Source: Bacillota bacterium | GTDB taxonomy: Bacteria > Bacillota > Desulfotomaculia > Desulfotomaculales > Nap2-2B | Assembly: GCA_040755975.1 (NCBI GenBank) | Contig: JBFLZY010000007.1 | Location: 3,041-67,040 of the forward strand | Direction of reading: 5' to 3' | Length of the DNA stretch: 64,000 nucleotides | In this document: one piece after another, positions 35,426 to 44,668 of the stretch | How the letters are laid out: every line of letters begins with the position of its first letter | How positions within the stretch are numbered: the first letter of the stretch is position 1 | The notes under the pieces: model-generated | The model's input: only the letters and a program-made list of their open reading frames with translations | The model's database searches: none | Told to the model about the DNA's origin: nothing | Position numbers and translations under genes: made by a program

Positions 35426-36842
35426 AAAAACAGGCGCTAAAATATTAATTTTTTGGGCTGTTCTCCTGGCGAAGGCAACCTTCTGGCTGAGCCGGCTCCT
35501 GGCCGGGGGAAAAGGTTCTTCCCTGCCGGGAATGCTGGCTTTAAAAGTCTATCCGGGTGTGCTCGCCGCCCTGGCCGGTCAGGTCCGGCGGGGCATTATT
35601 GTGGTAACGGGAACAAACGGCAAAACCACTACCAATAATATGCTTGCCCGGATCGCCGCCGGGGCGGGGTACACCGTGGTGGCGAACCGGGAAGGGGCAA
35701 ATTTAATTACCGGCGTTACCACTGCTTTTGTTATGAACGCTACCATAGCCGGCAGGATCAATTGCGATTACGCCTGCCTGGAAATAGACGAGGCTTCTTT
35801 TCCCGTCGTCTGTGCGCAGGTCCGGCCGGATGTGGTGGTCGTGACCAATTTTTTCAGGGACCAGCTGGACCGCTACGGAGAACTGGATAATACCATTCGC
35901 TACATCCGGGGCGCCCTGGAAAAATTGCCGGGCGTAAAGCTGGTGCTCAACGCCGACGACCCGCTGGTTGCCCAATTGCAAACAGCAAGCGGGGGGGAAA
36001 GGGCAATTTTTTACGGCCTGGGCGAAAATGCCGGCCGGCAGGGAAAGGAGGCCCGAGGGGTAAAAGAAGCCCGCTATTGCCCTTTATGCGGCCACCCTTT
36101 GCATTACGAATATTACCAGTATGGTCAACTGGGTAAATACGGTTGTTTTCAATGCGGTTTCGCCCGCCCGAAACCGGGCGTCGAGGCCGTCCAGATCCAA
36201 ACCCAGAGCATTAATTCCTGCCTGGTTCTTTCCCCGGCCGATCAGGCGCCCATGGTTTTACCCGTCTCCGGTCTGTATAACCTGTATAACGCTCTGGCTG
36301 CGCTTGCCGCGGGGCTTTTGATCGGGATCGAGGCGCGGGAAATTACCGGCTTATTACAGAGCTACACTCCGGCCACGGGCCGCATGGAGCGCTACAATTA
36401 CCTCGGGAAATCGATCTTGCTCAATTTAGTCAAAAATCCCGCCGGTTTTAACGAAAGTCTGAAGGTTTTCCTTCGGCCGCGGGGCCGGGTGGACGTTCTG
36501 ATTGCCATTAACGATAACGCTGCCGACGGACGCGACATTTCCTGGCTCTGGGATGTAGATTTTGAAGTGTTTCAGAATCACCACCGGCAGATCAATTTTT
36601 TTATTTGTTCGGGCACCCGGGCCGAGGAAATGGGGGTGCGCTTGAAGTACGCCGGCGTGCCGACGGAAAAAATTATTGTGGAACCCCATCTGGAAGCGGC
36701 CGTCGACCGCATATTGTGCGCTCCCGGGCCCCAGGCGTATCTTTTGGCTACCTACACAGCCCTCTGGCCGGTGGAAAGGTGCTTATCCAGGCGGTGTAAA
36801 AAGGAGCAGACCCATGCTGCACATATGTCATCTGTATCCTGA
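35412..36842 (+). CDS. murT: Lipid II isoglutaminyl synthase, Mur-ligase-like subunit MurT
   Basis: Mur ligase P-loop TGTNGKTTT, zinc ribbon CPLCGHPL...CFQCGF, and a DUF1727-type C-terminus. Track ORF 35379..; GTG at 35412 is proposed as the start. Confidence 0.85.
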   Translation: MRWLKKTGAKILIFWAVLLAKATFWLSRLLAGGKGSSLPGMLALKVYPGVLAALAGQVRRGIIVVTGTNGKTTTNNMLARIAAGAGYTVVANREGANLITGVTTAFVMNATIAGRINCDYACLEIDEASFPVVCAQVRPDVVVVTNFFRDQLDRYGELDNTIRYIRGALEKLPGVKLVLNADDPLVAQLQTASGGERAIFYGLGENAGRQGKEARGVKEARYCPLCGHPLHYEYYQYGQLGKYGCFQCGFARPKPGVEAVQIQTQSINSCLVLSPADQAPMVLPVSGLYNLYNALAALAAGLLIGIEAREITGLLQSYTPATGRMERYNYLGKSILLNLVKNPAGFNESLKVFLRPRGRVDVLIAINDNAADGRDISWLWDVDFEVFQNHHRQINFFICSGTRAEEMGVRLKYAGVPTEKIIVEPHLEAAVDRILCAPGPQAYLLATYTALWPVERCLSRRCKKEQTHAAHMSSVS

Positions 36843-37542
36843 TCTGTTAAATCTTTATGGGGACAGGGGAAACGTGCTGGCCTTTGCGGCCCGCTGCCGC
36901 TGGCGGGGGATTCCCGTAACCATCCACCGCGTCCACCAGGGGGAACAGGTAAATCTTGCCAGGATGGATTTTCTTTTTTTAGGCGGTGGCTCCGATCGCG
37001 AGCAAAATTTAATGACGAAGGATTTAAGCAAACGGATCGCTGCTTTGCGGGAGGCCATCGAAGACGGTCTGGTGGTTTTGGCCATCTGCGGCGGCTACCA
37101 GTTGCTTGGCCACTACTACCGGACGCGGGAAGGGCAAATCATCCCCGGCCTGGGCTTGCTGGACTTTTATACCGAAGCCGGCCCGCGCCGCCTGATTGGT
37201 AATATCGCCGTCGAGTTGACGCTGAACGGAAAGGTCTTTAAAGTTACCGGTTTTGAAAATCACGCGGGGAGAACCTATCTGGGGAAAGCGGCTCCTCTTG
37301 GCCGGGTGCTGGCCGGTTACGGCAACAACGGCGAGGACGGCCTGGAAGGGGCGCGGTATAAAAACGTTTTTTGCTCTTACCTCCATGGCCCGCTCCTGCC
37401 CAAGAACCCGCCCTTAACCGATTACCTGATCGCGACGGCCCTCAAAAGGCGGGGGTTGCCTTTTCTTTTAGATCCCCTGGACGATCGCCTGGAGGAGGCG
37501 GCCAATCAAGTAATGTTGCGCCGTTTGGGGGTGGGTCCCTAA
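36814..37542 (+). CDS. gatD: Lipid II isoglutaminyl synthase, glutaminase subunit GatD (CobQ-type GATase)
   Basis: MLHICHLYPDLLNLYGDRGN..., catalytic ICGGYQLLG. ATG at 36814 follows AAAGGAG and overlaps the murT end by 29 nt. Confidence 0.85.
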   Translation: MLHICHLYPDLLNLYGDRGNVLAFAARCRWRGIPVTIHRVHQGEQVNLARMDFLFLGGGSDREQNLMTKDLSKRIAALREAIEDGLVVLAICGGYQLLGHYYRTREGQIIPGLGLLDFYTEAGPRRLIGNIAVELTLNGKVFKVTGFENHAGRTYLGKAAPLGRVLAGYGNNGEDGLEGARYKNVFCSYLHGPLLPKNPPLTDYLIATALKRRGLPFLLDPLDDRLEEAANQVMLRRLGVGP

Positions 37543-37634
37543 ATATTTTTCTCCCGAATCCGGCAAATTATATAAATATAACAAGTACCCGGCGCAAAGA
37601 CTAACCATTTTGCAAAATCGCGGGATCGGGATAA

Positions 37635-38312
37635 ATGTTTGAGCTTGTTTACCGCACGGTATTGATTTATTTTATCGTCCTGGTAATTGTCCGTCTGATG
37701 GGCAAAAGGGAAATCGGGCAGCTTTCCCCTTTTGATTTTGTCGTGGCCATTATCATCGCCGAACTGGCGGCCATTCCCATGGAAGCTGCGGGCATCCCTT
37801 TGTGGAAGGCCATCCTCCCCATGGTCACCCTGGCTGTTCTGGAAGTTTTCTTGAGCTACCTGGCCCTGCACAGTCCGTTTTTGCGGAAAGTTCTGGACGG
37901 ACAGCCCCAGGTGGTCATCAGAAACGGGCATATTTTGAAGAAGGAACTGCGCAAAGCCCGGTATAACTTAAACGATCTCCTCGCGCAATTGCGGGAAAAG
38001 GGGATCGTAAACGTTTGCGACGTGGAGTTCGGCATCCTTGAAACATCAGGGAAGCTAAGCATAATTCCAAAATCACAAAAAAGGCCGGTTACCCCCGGAG
38101 ATCTTGGTCTGACAACCGGTTACGAAGGTTTGCCCACCGTTCTGATTATGGACGGGATGATTGTCAGGGAAAATTTACGGTTTTTGGGCCTGGACCAAAA
38201 ATGGCTCCACGAACGCCTGGCTGAACTCAATTTACAGCCCAGGGATGTATTCCTGGCTGTTTTAGGTACGGATGGGAAATTATTTATCAATACACAGGAA
38301 GAAAGATTATAG
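37635..38312 (+). CDS. DUF421 (YetF-like) membrane protein
   Basis: LIYFIVLVIVRLMGKREIGQLSPFDFVVAIIIAE is the typical DUF421 N-terminus. Confidence 0.8.
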   Translation: MFELVYRTVLIYFIVLVIVRLMGKREIGQLSPFDFVVAIIIAELAAIPMEAAGIPLWKAILPMVTLAVLEVFLSYLALHSPFLRKVLDGQPQVVIRNGHILKKELRKARYNLNDLLAQLREKGIVNVCDVEFGILETSGKLSIIPKSQKRPVTPGDLGLTTGYEGLPTVLIMDGMIVRENLRFLGLDQKWLHERLAELNLQPRDVFLAVLGTDGKLFINTQEERL

Positions 38313-38381
38313 AAAAAGGATTTTCTTCATTTTGGTAGAATGTAAAGCCGCAGAAGCTGAAACCGGCTCAGTTACGACCGG

Positions 38382-38409
38382 AAAAAAAGATCATGCTGAA
38401 GCATGATTC
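38382..38409 (-). terminator. Orphan minus-strand terminator-like hairpin
   Basis: The minus strand reads GAATCATGC-ttca-GCATGATC followed by TTTTTTT. No annotated minus-strand gene lies upstream of it. Confidence 0.3.
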
Positions 38410-38509
38410 AGTTTACGGGTAGCGAAGCCCGCGGGCGCAGGTTTGATTATTTTTCAGCGATTTTCCTGCACCCTCCGGAACTGATTTTAGAAGGCAAGGT
38501 GATCCTGGT

Positions 38510-39178
38510 TTGTTCCAGATGGGACGGCGTCAGCAGTTGATTGTGCTGGCGGTTGTCGCCGTGGTTCTTTTTGGCGCCGGGTACAAATACGCGCGCTGGA
38601 ACGCCCAAAATGCGGAAAAGCCCGTGGTGGAAAGATTTGAACCGGCGGAAGCGGCGAATAAAACTGTTCAGGAAATTATCGTTCACGTCAGCGGGGCCGT
38701 GGAAAAACCGGGTATATACCGCCTGCCCCGGGGCTCCCGGATCAACGATGCCGTAAACCTGGCCGGGGTCTTGCCGGAGGCGGACCTGCATGCTTTAAAC
38801 CTGGCTGCCCCGCTGAACGATGGGCAGAAGGTACCGGTTCCGTTCCGGCAGGGTGTGTTGGCCGGCGAAAAGACCGGGGACGGAAGCGATCCGGGCGGCA
38901 AAGCGCCGGGTTCGTCTGCCGCCGGCGCGAGTTTTCGGACCGGCGGGCAGGGGGGCAAAGGCAATTCCCCGGGATTGTCCGCGGGCGGGTTGATTAACAT
39001 CAATACGGCCGGCAAGGCGGAACTTGAATCCCTTCCCGGGATAGGTCCGGCGCTTGCGGAAAGAATTATCCAGTACCGCGAAGAGCACGGGTATTTTATG
39101 TCGATAGAAGACATCAAGAATGTCTCCGGAATAGGGGAAAAGCGTTATGAGCAGTTAAAGGATAAAATTACCATTTAG
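38510..39178 (+). CDS. comEA: Competence protein ComEA (SLBB plus helix-hairpin-helix DNA receptor)
   Basis: An N-terminal anchor, then the C-terminal ININTAGKAELESLPGIGPALAERIIQYREEHGYFMSIEDIKNVSGIG HhH motif. Confidence 0.9.
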   Translation: MFQMGRRQQLIVLAVVAVVLFGAGYKYARWNAQNAEKPVVERFEPAEAANKTVQEIIVHVSGAVEKPGIYRLPRGSRINDAVNLAGVLPEADLHALNLAAPLNDGQKVPVPFRQGVLAGEKTGDGSDPGGKAPGSSAAGASFRTGGQGGKGNSPGLSAGGLININTAGKAELESLPGIGPALAERIIQYREEHGYFMSIEDIKNVSGIGEKRYEQLKDKITI

Positions 39179-39194
39179 AGCCTGGAGGTGGCCA

Positions 39195-41666
39195 ATGAAC
39201 CCCAGGCCGCTGGTTGTCCTCACCTGTTTTTTTATTGCCGGTATTTTGCTGGCTTCACCGCTGCCCGCAACTCCGCGAGCGGCAATCCTTGCCTGCGGGT
39301 TCCTTCTTTTCGTTGCCCTGGTCGGGTATGCAAGGAACTGGCGAAATAACCGCTGGGTTATCGGCCTGCTGTTGCTGGCTGCCGGTTTTACCCTGGCGCG
39401 CCTGGCCTCTTTGCAAATTGACCCCGCGTTATTTAAATATTGCGGCCACCGGGTAACGGCGGAAGGTGTTGTGGCCCGCGAAGCAGACGTTCGCCCGGAA
39501 GTGGTTTCTTACCACCTGGATGTGCGGTACATGTCTGCGGGCAAAGAAAAATACCCGCTTAGGGCGCGGGTGCTGGTAAAGGTGCCTGCCCCGTGTCCGG
39601 TGTACAGCTACGGCGACTTTGTAAGGGTCCACGGTCTCCTGGCAAGGCCGGATGAACCGGGCAACCCAGGCGCGTTTAACTACCGGGCGTACCTGGAAAG
39701 GCGCGGCATCGGGGCGGTTTTAGATGTTGAAAACAGCCAGGGTATAACCAGGTTGGGGGTGGAAGGCAACCCCTTAATCCGCCGGCTATTGCTTTTTAAG
39801 GAAAAATTGCTGACCGTCAGCAGGCAGACCCTCCCGCCCGCCAAGGCGGCCCTGGTCAACGGCGTTGTTTTTGGGACCCAGGGAGAAATTCCCCGGGAGC
39901 TGTGGCAGGTCTTCAGCGAAACCGGAATAGTGCACATTTTAAGTGTTTCGGGTATGCACGTGGGCCTCGTGCTGGCGGGTATTCTGTTTCTTTTCAAGAT
40001 CTTGCGGGCGCCGCAACGGTGGCTGGCGCCTTTAGCCAGCATCGTCCTGGTGCTTTACGCAGTGATTTGCGGGCTGGGACCGGCGGTTACACGGGCCACC
40101 TTCATGGGCCTTTTATTTCTCTGGGCCCACCACCTGGGGCGCGATCAGGACTGGCCGACCACCTTATCCGTAGCTGCTCTGTTGAGTCTGCTTTTGAACC
40201 CCCTCGCTCTTTACGATATCGGATTTCAGCTTTCGTTTGCCGCCACCTGGGGGATCCTTTATTTCGGACCGGTTCTGAATAAATTGCTGGGGCGCTTTCT
40301 TTCCCGGCCCGACTGGTTAAGGGCGGTTGTCTGGGTTTCGCTGGGCGCCCAGCTGGCCACCCTTCCCCTGGTGGCCTGGTATTATAACCTCGTTTCACCG
40401 GTGTCGCTGCTGGCCAATATCGTCGCCGCCCCGCTAACCGGCCTGATCATGGCTCTGGGTTTTGCAGCAGGCCTGGCCGGGGCCGCTTGGGTTCCCCTGG
40501 CCGGGTTTATTAATGCCAGCACTTCTTTTGCGCTGGATATTTTCATCGCCCTGATTACCCTTTTGCGCACTTTGCCCGGTGCGGTGCTTTACGTTCCCAC
40601 GCCGTCGCCTCTGGCTGTTCTGGCCTGGTACCCTTTGCTCGGTCTGGCGGTAGTCCTGTTCGAAGAAAAGAATTGGGCGGCAGTAAAAAAATTTGTCTTC
40701 CCGAGGCGCCGGATAATAGCGGTGGCTGCTGCGGGAGTTATTTTCCTCGCGGCGGCCTGGACCATCGGTTACCCGGATAAAAAAGAACTGGTTCTTCATC
40801 TCATCGACGTGGGTCAGGGAGACAGCATTTTAATCCAGACGCCGGCGGGCAAAAACATTCTGGTCGATGCCGGCGGGTGGAGCGGTGAATTTGAGTCCGG
40901 CGAGGGCGCCGGCGACCGGGTGGTGGTTCCTTACCTGCGCAGGCTGGGCGTAAGGCGCCTGGATGTGTTCGTCATCACCCATCCCCACGAAGATCACGCC
41001 GGCGGCGCAAAGGCGGTGGCAAAGGCATTTCCCGTCGAACTGGTCCTTCTCTCGCCCTTCGGGTTCAGCGAACCAATCACGGGCAGGAATCAGCGCTTTT
41101 TCTCAGAACCGCTCGACCGGGGCGCAGAGCTTCCCCCGCCCTACCGGCAACTTATGGCCTATTTAATCAACAAGCAAATCCCCGTGCGTACGGTCTGTGC
41201 CGGGGACGAAATAAAATGCGACCCCGACCTGGAAATACGTGTCCTGGCTCCGCCTTTTCCGCCTTTAAAAGGCAACCGTTCCGATGAAAATAACGCTTCC
41301 GTTGTTTTGTGGGTGCGTTACGGCGGGCAAACTTTTCTTTTGACCGGAGATATCGAAGTAGAGGCTCAGGAATGGCTTATCCGCTCCGGCTGCGACTTCC
41401 GGGCCGATGTTCTCAAAGTGCCGCACCACGGCAGCCGTTTTTCTTCGCCCGCTTTCCTGGAAAACGTCCAGCCTGCGCTGGCTCTGATTTCCGTTGGTAG
41501 ACATAACCGTTTTAACCTGCCCGCGAATGAAACGCTGGAACGTTTGAAAAAGCAGGGCGCAGTTGTTTACCGTACCGATCAACACGGTGCCGTCATTTTG
41601 TCTGCAGACGGGAAAAACCTGCGGGTGAAAACCAGGCGCGGTTTAAAATACAGGCCCGCAGCCTAG
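39195..41666 (+). CDS. comEC: DNA internalisation competence protein ComEC/Rec2
   Basis: 823 aa, polytopic, with the competence domain and a C-terminal MBL domain (FVITHPHEDHAGG). Confidence 0.9.
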   Translation: MNPRPLVVLTCFFIAGILLASPLPATPRAAILACGFLLFVALVGYARNWRNNRWVIGLLLLAAGFTLARLASLQIDPALFKYCGHRVTAEGVVAREADVRPEVVSYHLDVRYMSAGKEKYPLRARVLVKVPAPCPVYSYGDFVRVHGLLARPDEPGNPGAFNYRAYLERRGIGAVLDVENSQGITRLGVEGNPLIRRLLLFKEKLLTVSRQTLPPAKAALVNGVVFGTQGEIPRELWQVFSETGIVHILSVSGMHVGLVLAGILFLFKILRAPQRWLAPLASIVLVLYAVICGLGPAVTRATFMGLLFLWAHHLGRDQDWPTTLSVAALLSLLLNPLALYDIGFQLSFAATWGILYFGPVLNKLLGRFLSRPDWLRAVVWVSLGAQLATLPLVAWYYNLVSPVSLLANIVAAPLTGLIMALGFAAGLAGAAWVPLAGFINASTSFALDIFIALITLLRTLPGAVLYVPTPSPLAVLAWYPLLGLAVVLFEEKNWAAVKKFVFPRRRIIAVAAAGVIFLAAAWTIGYPDKKELVLHLIDVGQGDSILIQTPAGKNILVDAGGWSGEFESGEGAGDRVVVPYLRRLGVRRLDVFVITHPHEDHAGGAKAVAKAFPVELVLLSPFGFSEPITGRNQRFFSEPLDRGAELPPPYRQLMAYLINKQIPVRTVCAGDEIKCDPDLEIRVLAPPFPPLKGNRSDENNASVVLWVRYGGQTFLLTGDIEVEAQEWLIRSGCDFRADVLKVPHHGSRFSSPAFLENVQPALALISVGRHNRFNLPANETLERLKKQGAVVYRTDQHGAVILSADGKNLRVKTRRGLKYRPAA

Positions 41667-41675
41667 AAAAGGGCC

Positions 41676-42164
41676 TCATTGAAGTGGATTTTCGGGCGCA
41701 GGGGCAGCTTCCAGATAAATTATGGTGCGCTGGCCGACCACAACCAGCTTTACTTTCAGCGTGTATTTTACGCCGTCCAGTTCCACCTGACGCAGATCAA
41801 TTACCCGGGGAATCAGGAGGTGGTTAAGGGCGCTGATCTCCTGGCCCAAAACCGGTTGCAGCCACTCCCGCACCTTGTTTTCCACGAACAACTGGACTTT
41901 TTTCTGGTCGTAGCCGCTGGCCTGTTTGCCGGCGGCCAGCGATACATGCACGTCCAGGGCGCTGATCACCTGCTTTTGCCGGCTTTTGAGGTTTTCCTTG
42001 ACCTGCTCCAGTTCCTTTTCCTTTACCGCCAATTCCTCGCGCAATGTTCCGTTGACCAGGGAAAGATGATCCACTTGTTTTCCGACCAGGGAATTTACTC
42101 CCGCCCCGCCTACCAACAGGCCGATCAAAAAAGTTGCCGCCAGTTGCTTGAGGTGTGCGTTCAT
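41676..42164 (-). CDS. Sporulation membrane protein YtrI-like
   Basis: An N-terminal TM helix and a coiled coil. The ATG at 42164 overlaps the ytrH stop as ATGA. Track ORF extends to 42179. Confidence 0.55.
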   Translation of the reverse strand: MNAHLKQLAATFLIGLLVGGAGVNSLVGKQVDHLSLVNGTLREELAVKEKELEQVKENLKSRQKQVISALDVHVSLAAGKQASGYDQKKVQLFVENKVREWLQPVLGQEISALNHLLIPRVIDLRQVELDGVKYTLKVKLVVVGQRTIIYLEAAPAPENPLQ

Positions 42165-42487
42165 TCCTTTCCCCCGCAAAGCGCCAGGAGCAGTTGATAG
42201 CCGACTTGCGTACCAGCCAGCGCGCTGAAAATGTATAATAATTGTTTGATTACCGCCCGCACCTCGCCCTGAAAGAGGCCCGATTCAAAAACCTCAAAAG
42301 TGGAAAAAGTACCCCCGATAGCCGCCGCAATGGCCCAAATTTTCATATCCCGGGCCAGTTTGAGGATAATCGCTGCCGGAGGCACCCGCACCAGAACGGC
42401 AGCCAGGGAGCCAACCAGGGTGGCTCCGAGCATAATCCCCAGAGCGGTAAAAAAGATCAGGATTACCTTTTGGTAAAAGGTTTCCAA
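42161..42487 (-). CDS. Sporulation membrane protein YtrH
   Basis: 108 aa. ...KIWAIAAAIGGTFSTFEVFESGLFQGE... matches the YtrH family pattern from memory. Confidence 0.65.
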   Translation of the reverse strand: METFYQKVILIFFTALGIMLGATLVGSLAAVLVRVPPAAIILKLARDMKIWAIAAAIGGTFSTFEVFESGLFQGEVRAVIKQLLYIFSALAGTQVGYQLLLALCGGKE

Positions 42488-42718
42488 AGAAAGGCTCCTT
42501 TCGGGACAAGTTTCTTTTTAATGCATATTTAATTCTCTTGTTGAATATGACAAATTTGGTAATCATGGGGGGTAAATACCAGGGAAGCTATGGTCCGGGT
42601 AAATTTTTTATTTCCCTTCTGCAGGATTTGGCTTAGAAATGCTGAATTAAGTAAAATATCAAAGGTGATGCGGGGGTAATTCGCCAGGAGTAACTCTTCA
42701 GAAGGGAGGAATCTTACG

Positions 42719-43561
42719 ATCAGGACAATTGATTGCGCCATTGTTACCGAAGCAGTTGCCAGGTTGTGCCAGGAGGCAAATTTCCAGCTGGGCCCGGATG
42801 TTCTGGCTGCCCTGGAAAGAGGTTTAAAAGAAGAAACTTCTCCCGCAGGCAAGGACATCCTCCGCCAGCTCATCGAAAACGCCCGGATTGCCCGCGAAAA
42901 CTCCGTGCCCATGTGTCAGGATACCGGCTTTACCGTCGTCTTTTTGGAACTCGGGCAATACGTGCATATAACTGGTGGCGATCTTTACGCGGCGATTAAT
43001 GAAGGGATAAGAAAAGGCTACCAGGAAGGGTATTTGCGCAAATCGATTTTGGGTCACCCCTTTGAGCGAAAGAATACGGGTGATAACACTCCGGCGGTAA
43101 TCCACTGCCGCGTAGTGCCCGGTGATCGGCTGAAAATTACCGTCGCACCTAAGGGTGGCGGCAGCGAAAATATGAGCGGCTTGAAAATGCTCAAACCCGC
43201 CGAAGGAGTGGCGGGCGTGAAAAAATTCGTTATCGAGCAGGTGTCGATGGCCGGCTCTAACCCCTGCCCTCCCGTGATCGTCGGGGTGGGCATCGGGGGA
43301 ACTTTTGAAAAGGCGGCCCTTCTGGCGAAAGAAGCGCTGCTGCGGCCCGTAGGTCAAAAAAGCACCTTGCCGGACATAGCCCAATTAGAAGAAGAGTTGT
43401 TCACCGAAATAAATAAGCTGGGGATCGGGCCCCAGGGGCTGGGCGGCCGGGTTACCGCCCTGGCCGTACACATTGAAGTGTATGCAGTACACATGGCCAG
43501 TTTGCCTGTGGCGGTGAACATTAACTGCCACGCCGCCAGGCATAAGTCCATCATCCTTTAA
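42719..43561 (+). CDS. Class I (Fe-S) fumarate hydratase, alpha subunit (N-terminal domain)
   Basis: Conserved GKDILRQLIENARIA...PMCQDTG. The track starts at TTG 42764, but the conserved N-terminus (x)RTIDCAIVTEAVARLCQEANF extends upstream in frame to ATC 42719, 8 nt after GGGAGGA. Confidence 0.88.
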   Translation: MRTIDCAIVTEAVARLCQEANFQLGPDVLAALERGLKEETSPAGKDILRQLIENARIARENSVPMCQDTGFTVVFLELGQYVHITGGDLYAAINEGIRKGYQEGYLRKSILGHPFERKNTGDNTPAVIHCRVVPGDRLKITVAPKGGGSENMSGLKMLKPAEGVAGVKKFVIEQVSMAGSNPCPPVIVGVGIGGTFEKAALLAKEALLRPVGQKSTLPDIAQLEEELFTEINKLGIGPQGLGGRVTALAVHIEVYAVHMASLPVAVNINCHAARHKSIIL

Positions 43562-43574
43562 AGAAGGTGAAGGA

Positions 43575-44132
43575 ATGTCCGCGGAGGTTATCAAGATATC
43601 TCCCCCGTTAAGCGATGAGGATGTTGAGCGGTTAAAGATCGGTCAGCAAATTTTGATTAGCGGAAAAATCTATACCGGCCGTGATGCCGCGCATAAGAGA
43701 ATGGTCGAGTTGCTTGACCAGGGCAAAGAGCTGCCGGTGAATTTAAAAGGCCAGATCATTTATTACGTGGGCCCTACCCCCGCCAGGCCGGGCCAGGTCA
43801 TTGGTTCCGCCGGGCCCACGACCAGCGGGCGGATGGATGCTTATACCCCCCGGCTGCTCGCCGCCGGCTTAAAAGGGCTGATCGGCAAAGGCATGCGTTC
43901 GGAGGAAGTGAAAGAGGCCATGAAAAAATATAAGGCGGTTTACCTGGCCGCGGTCGGCGGAGCGGGGGCGTTAATTGCCAGGAGAATTAAGCAGGCGCGG
44001 GTGGTGGCTTATCCCGAACTCGGCGCCGAAGCCGTTTATGAGCTGGTAGTGGAAGATTTCCCGGCGATCGTGGTTAACGACGTATGGGGCGGCGACCTCT
44101 ATATAGAAGGCAGGAAGAAGTACGCGATTTAG
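43575..44132 (+). CDS. Class I fumarate hydratase, beta subunit (C-terminal domain)
   Basis: LSGKIYTGRDAAHKRM...IYYVGPTPARPG...GPTTSGRMD are typical FumA C-terminal / tartrate dehydratase beta patterns. Confidence 0.9.
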   Translation: MSAEVIKISPPLSDEDVERLKIGQQILISGKIYTGRDAAHKRMVELLDQGKELPVNLKGQIIYYVGPTPARPGQVIGSAGPTTSGRMDAYTPRLLAAGLKGLIGKGMRSEEVKEAMKKYKAVYLAAVGGAGALIARRIKQARVVAYPELGAEAVYELVVEDFPAIVVNDVWGGDLYIEGRKKYAI

Positions 44133-44156
44133 TTTTTTGCTTTCCGTGAAACTAGA

Positions 44157-44594
44157 GGGCTGGAATTTGTCCGGGTGAGCGATCCGGCACTCAGCTTAAA
44201 TTAGCTTGTTGATTGGAGTCCAATCTAAAACCGGCATGGAAAGCATAGAATAACATCACGGAAAAGCTGAGTGCCGGGCTAAAGGGCCAGTAACCAGACA
44301 CCCGGCACTCACCGGCAATCAAGTTGCTTCGATGCTAACCAGGGCCACTTGGAACAGCAGACTCAACCAAAACACAGACTACCAGTGAGTGCCGGGCAGC
44401 TGCGGCATGCGAACCGGCAGCGCGAAAAGCGCAGATACCACTAAGCAAAAGTGCTAACGGTAATAGCGTTGGACCCCGGTAAAGCTAAAAAACTAACGTT
44501 TCGCGCGCATTTTGCAGCGTTGCCTGGTTCGCTCCGCGGCAAGCCGATGTCTGGTCGACCCGGAGCAGCGGAGCGAGCCGGATAATTCCAGCCC
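44157..44594 (+). ncRNA. Large structured intergenic element, copy R2 (candidate novel RNA or repeat)
   Basis: Closing helix GGGCTGGAATTTGTCCGG (44157-74) with CCGGATAATTCCAGCCC (44578-94). Two perfect 12-bp hairpins: 44184-95/44266-77 and 44301-12/44385-96. The conserved core is at 44409-44532. See findings. Confidence 0.55.
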
Positions 44595-44668
44595 GATGGG
44601 AAATGATGGAAGACGCTATTTTCAGGGGAGCTTAAGGTTTTCTAATCTTTGCAAAGGAGTCAGATGCG

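Noticed and set aside
42629-42643. Sigma-54-like promoter TTGGCTTAGAAATGCT upstream of the fumarase/mmc operon
   Set aside because: The GG-to-GC spacing is one nucleotide shorter than the strict -24/-12 consensus (TGGCAC-N5-TTGC), and the -24 element is imperfect. I did not call it.
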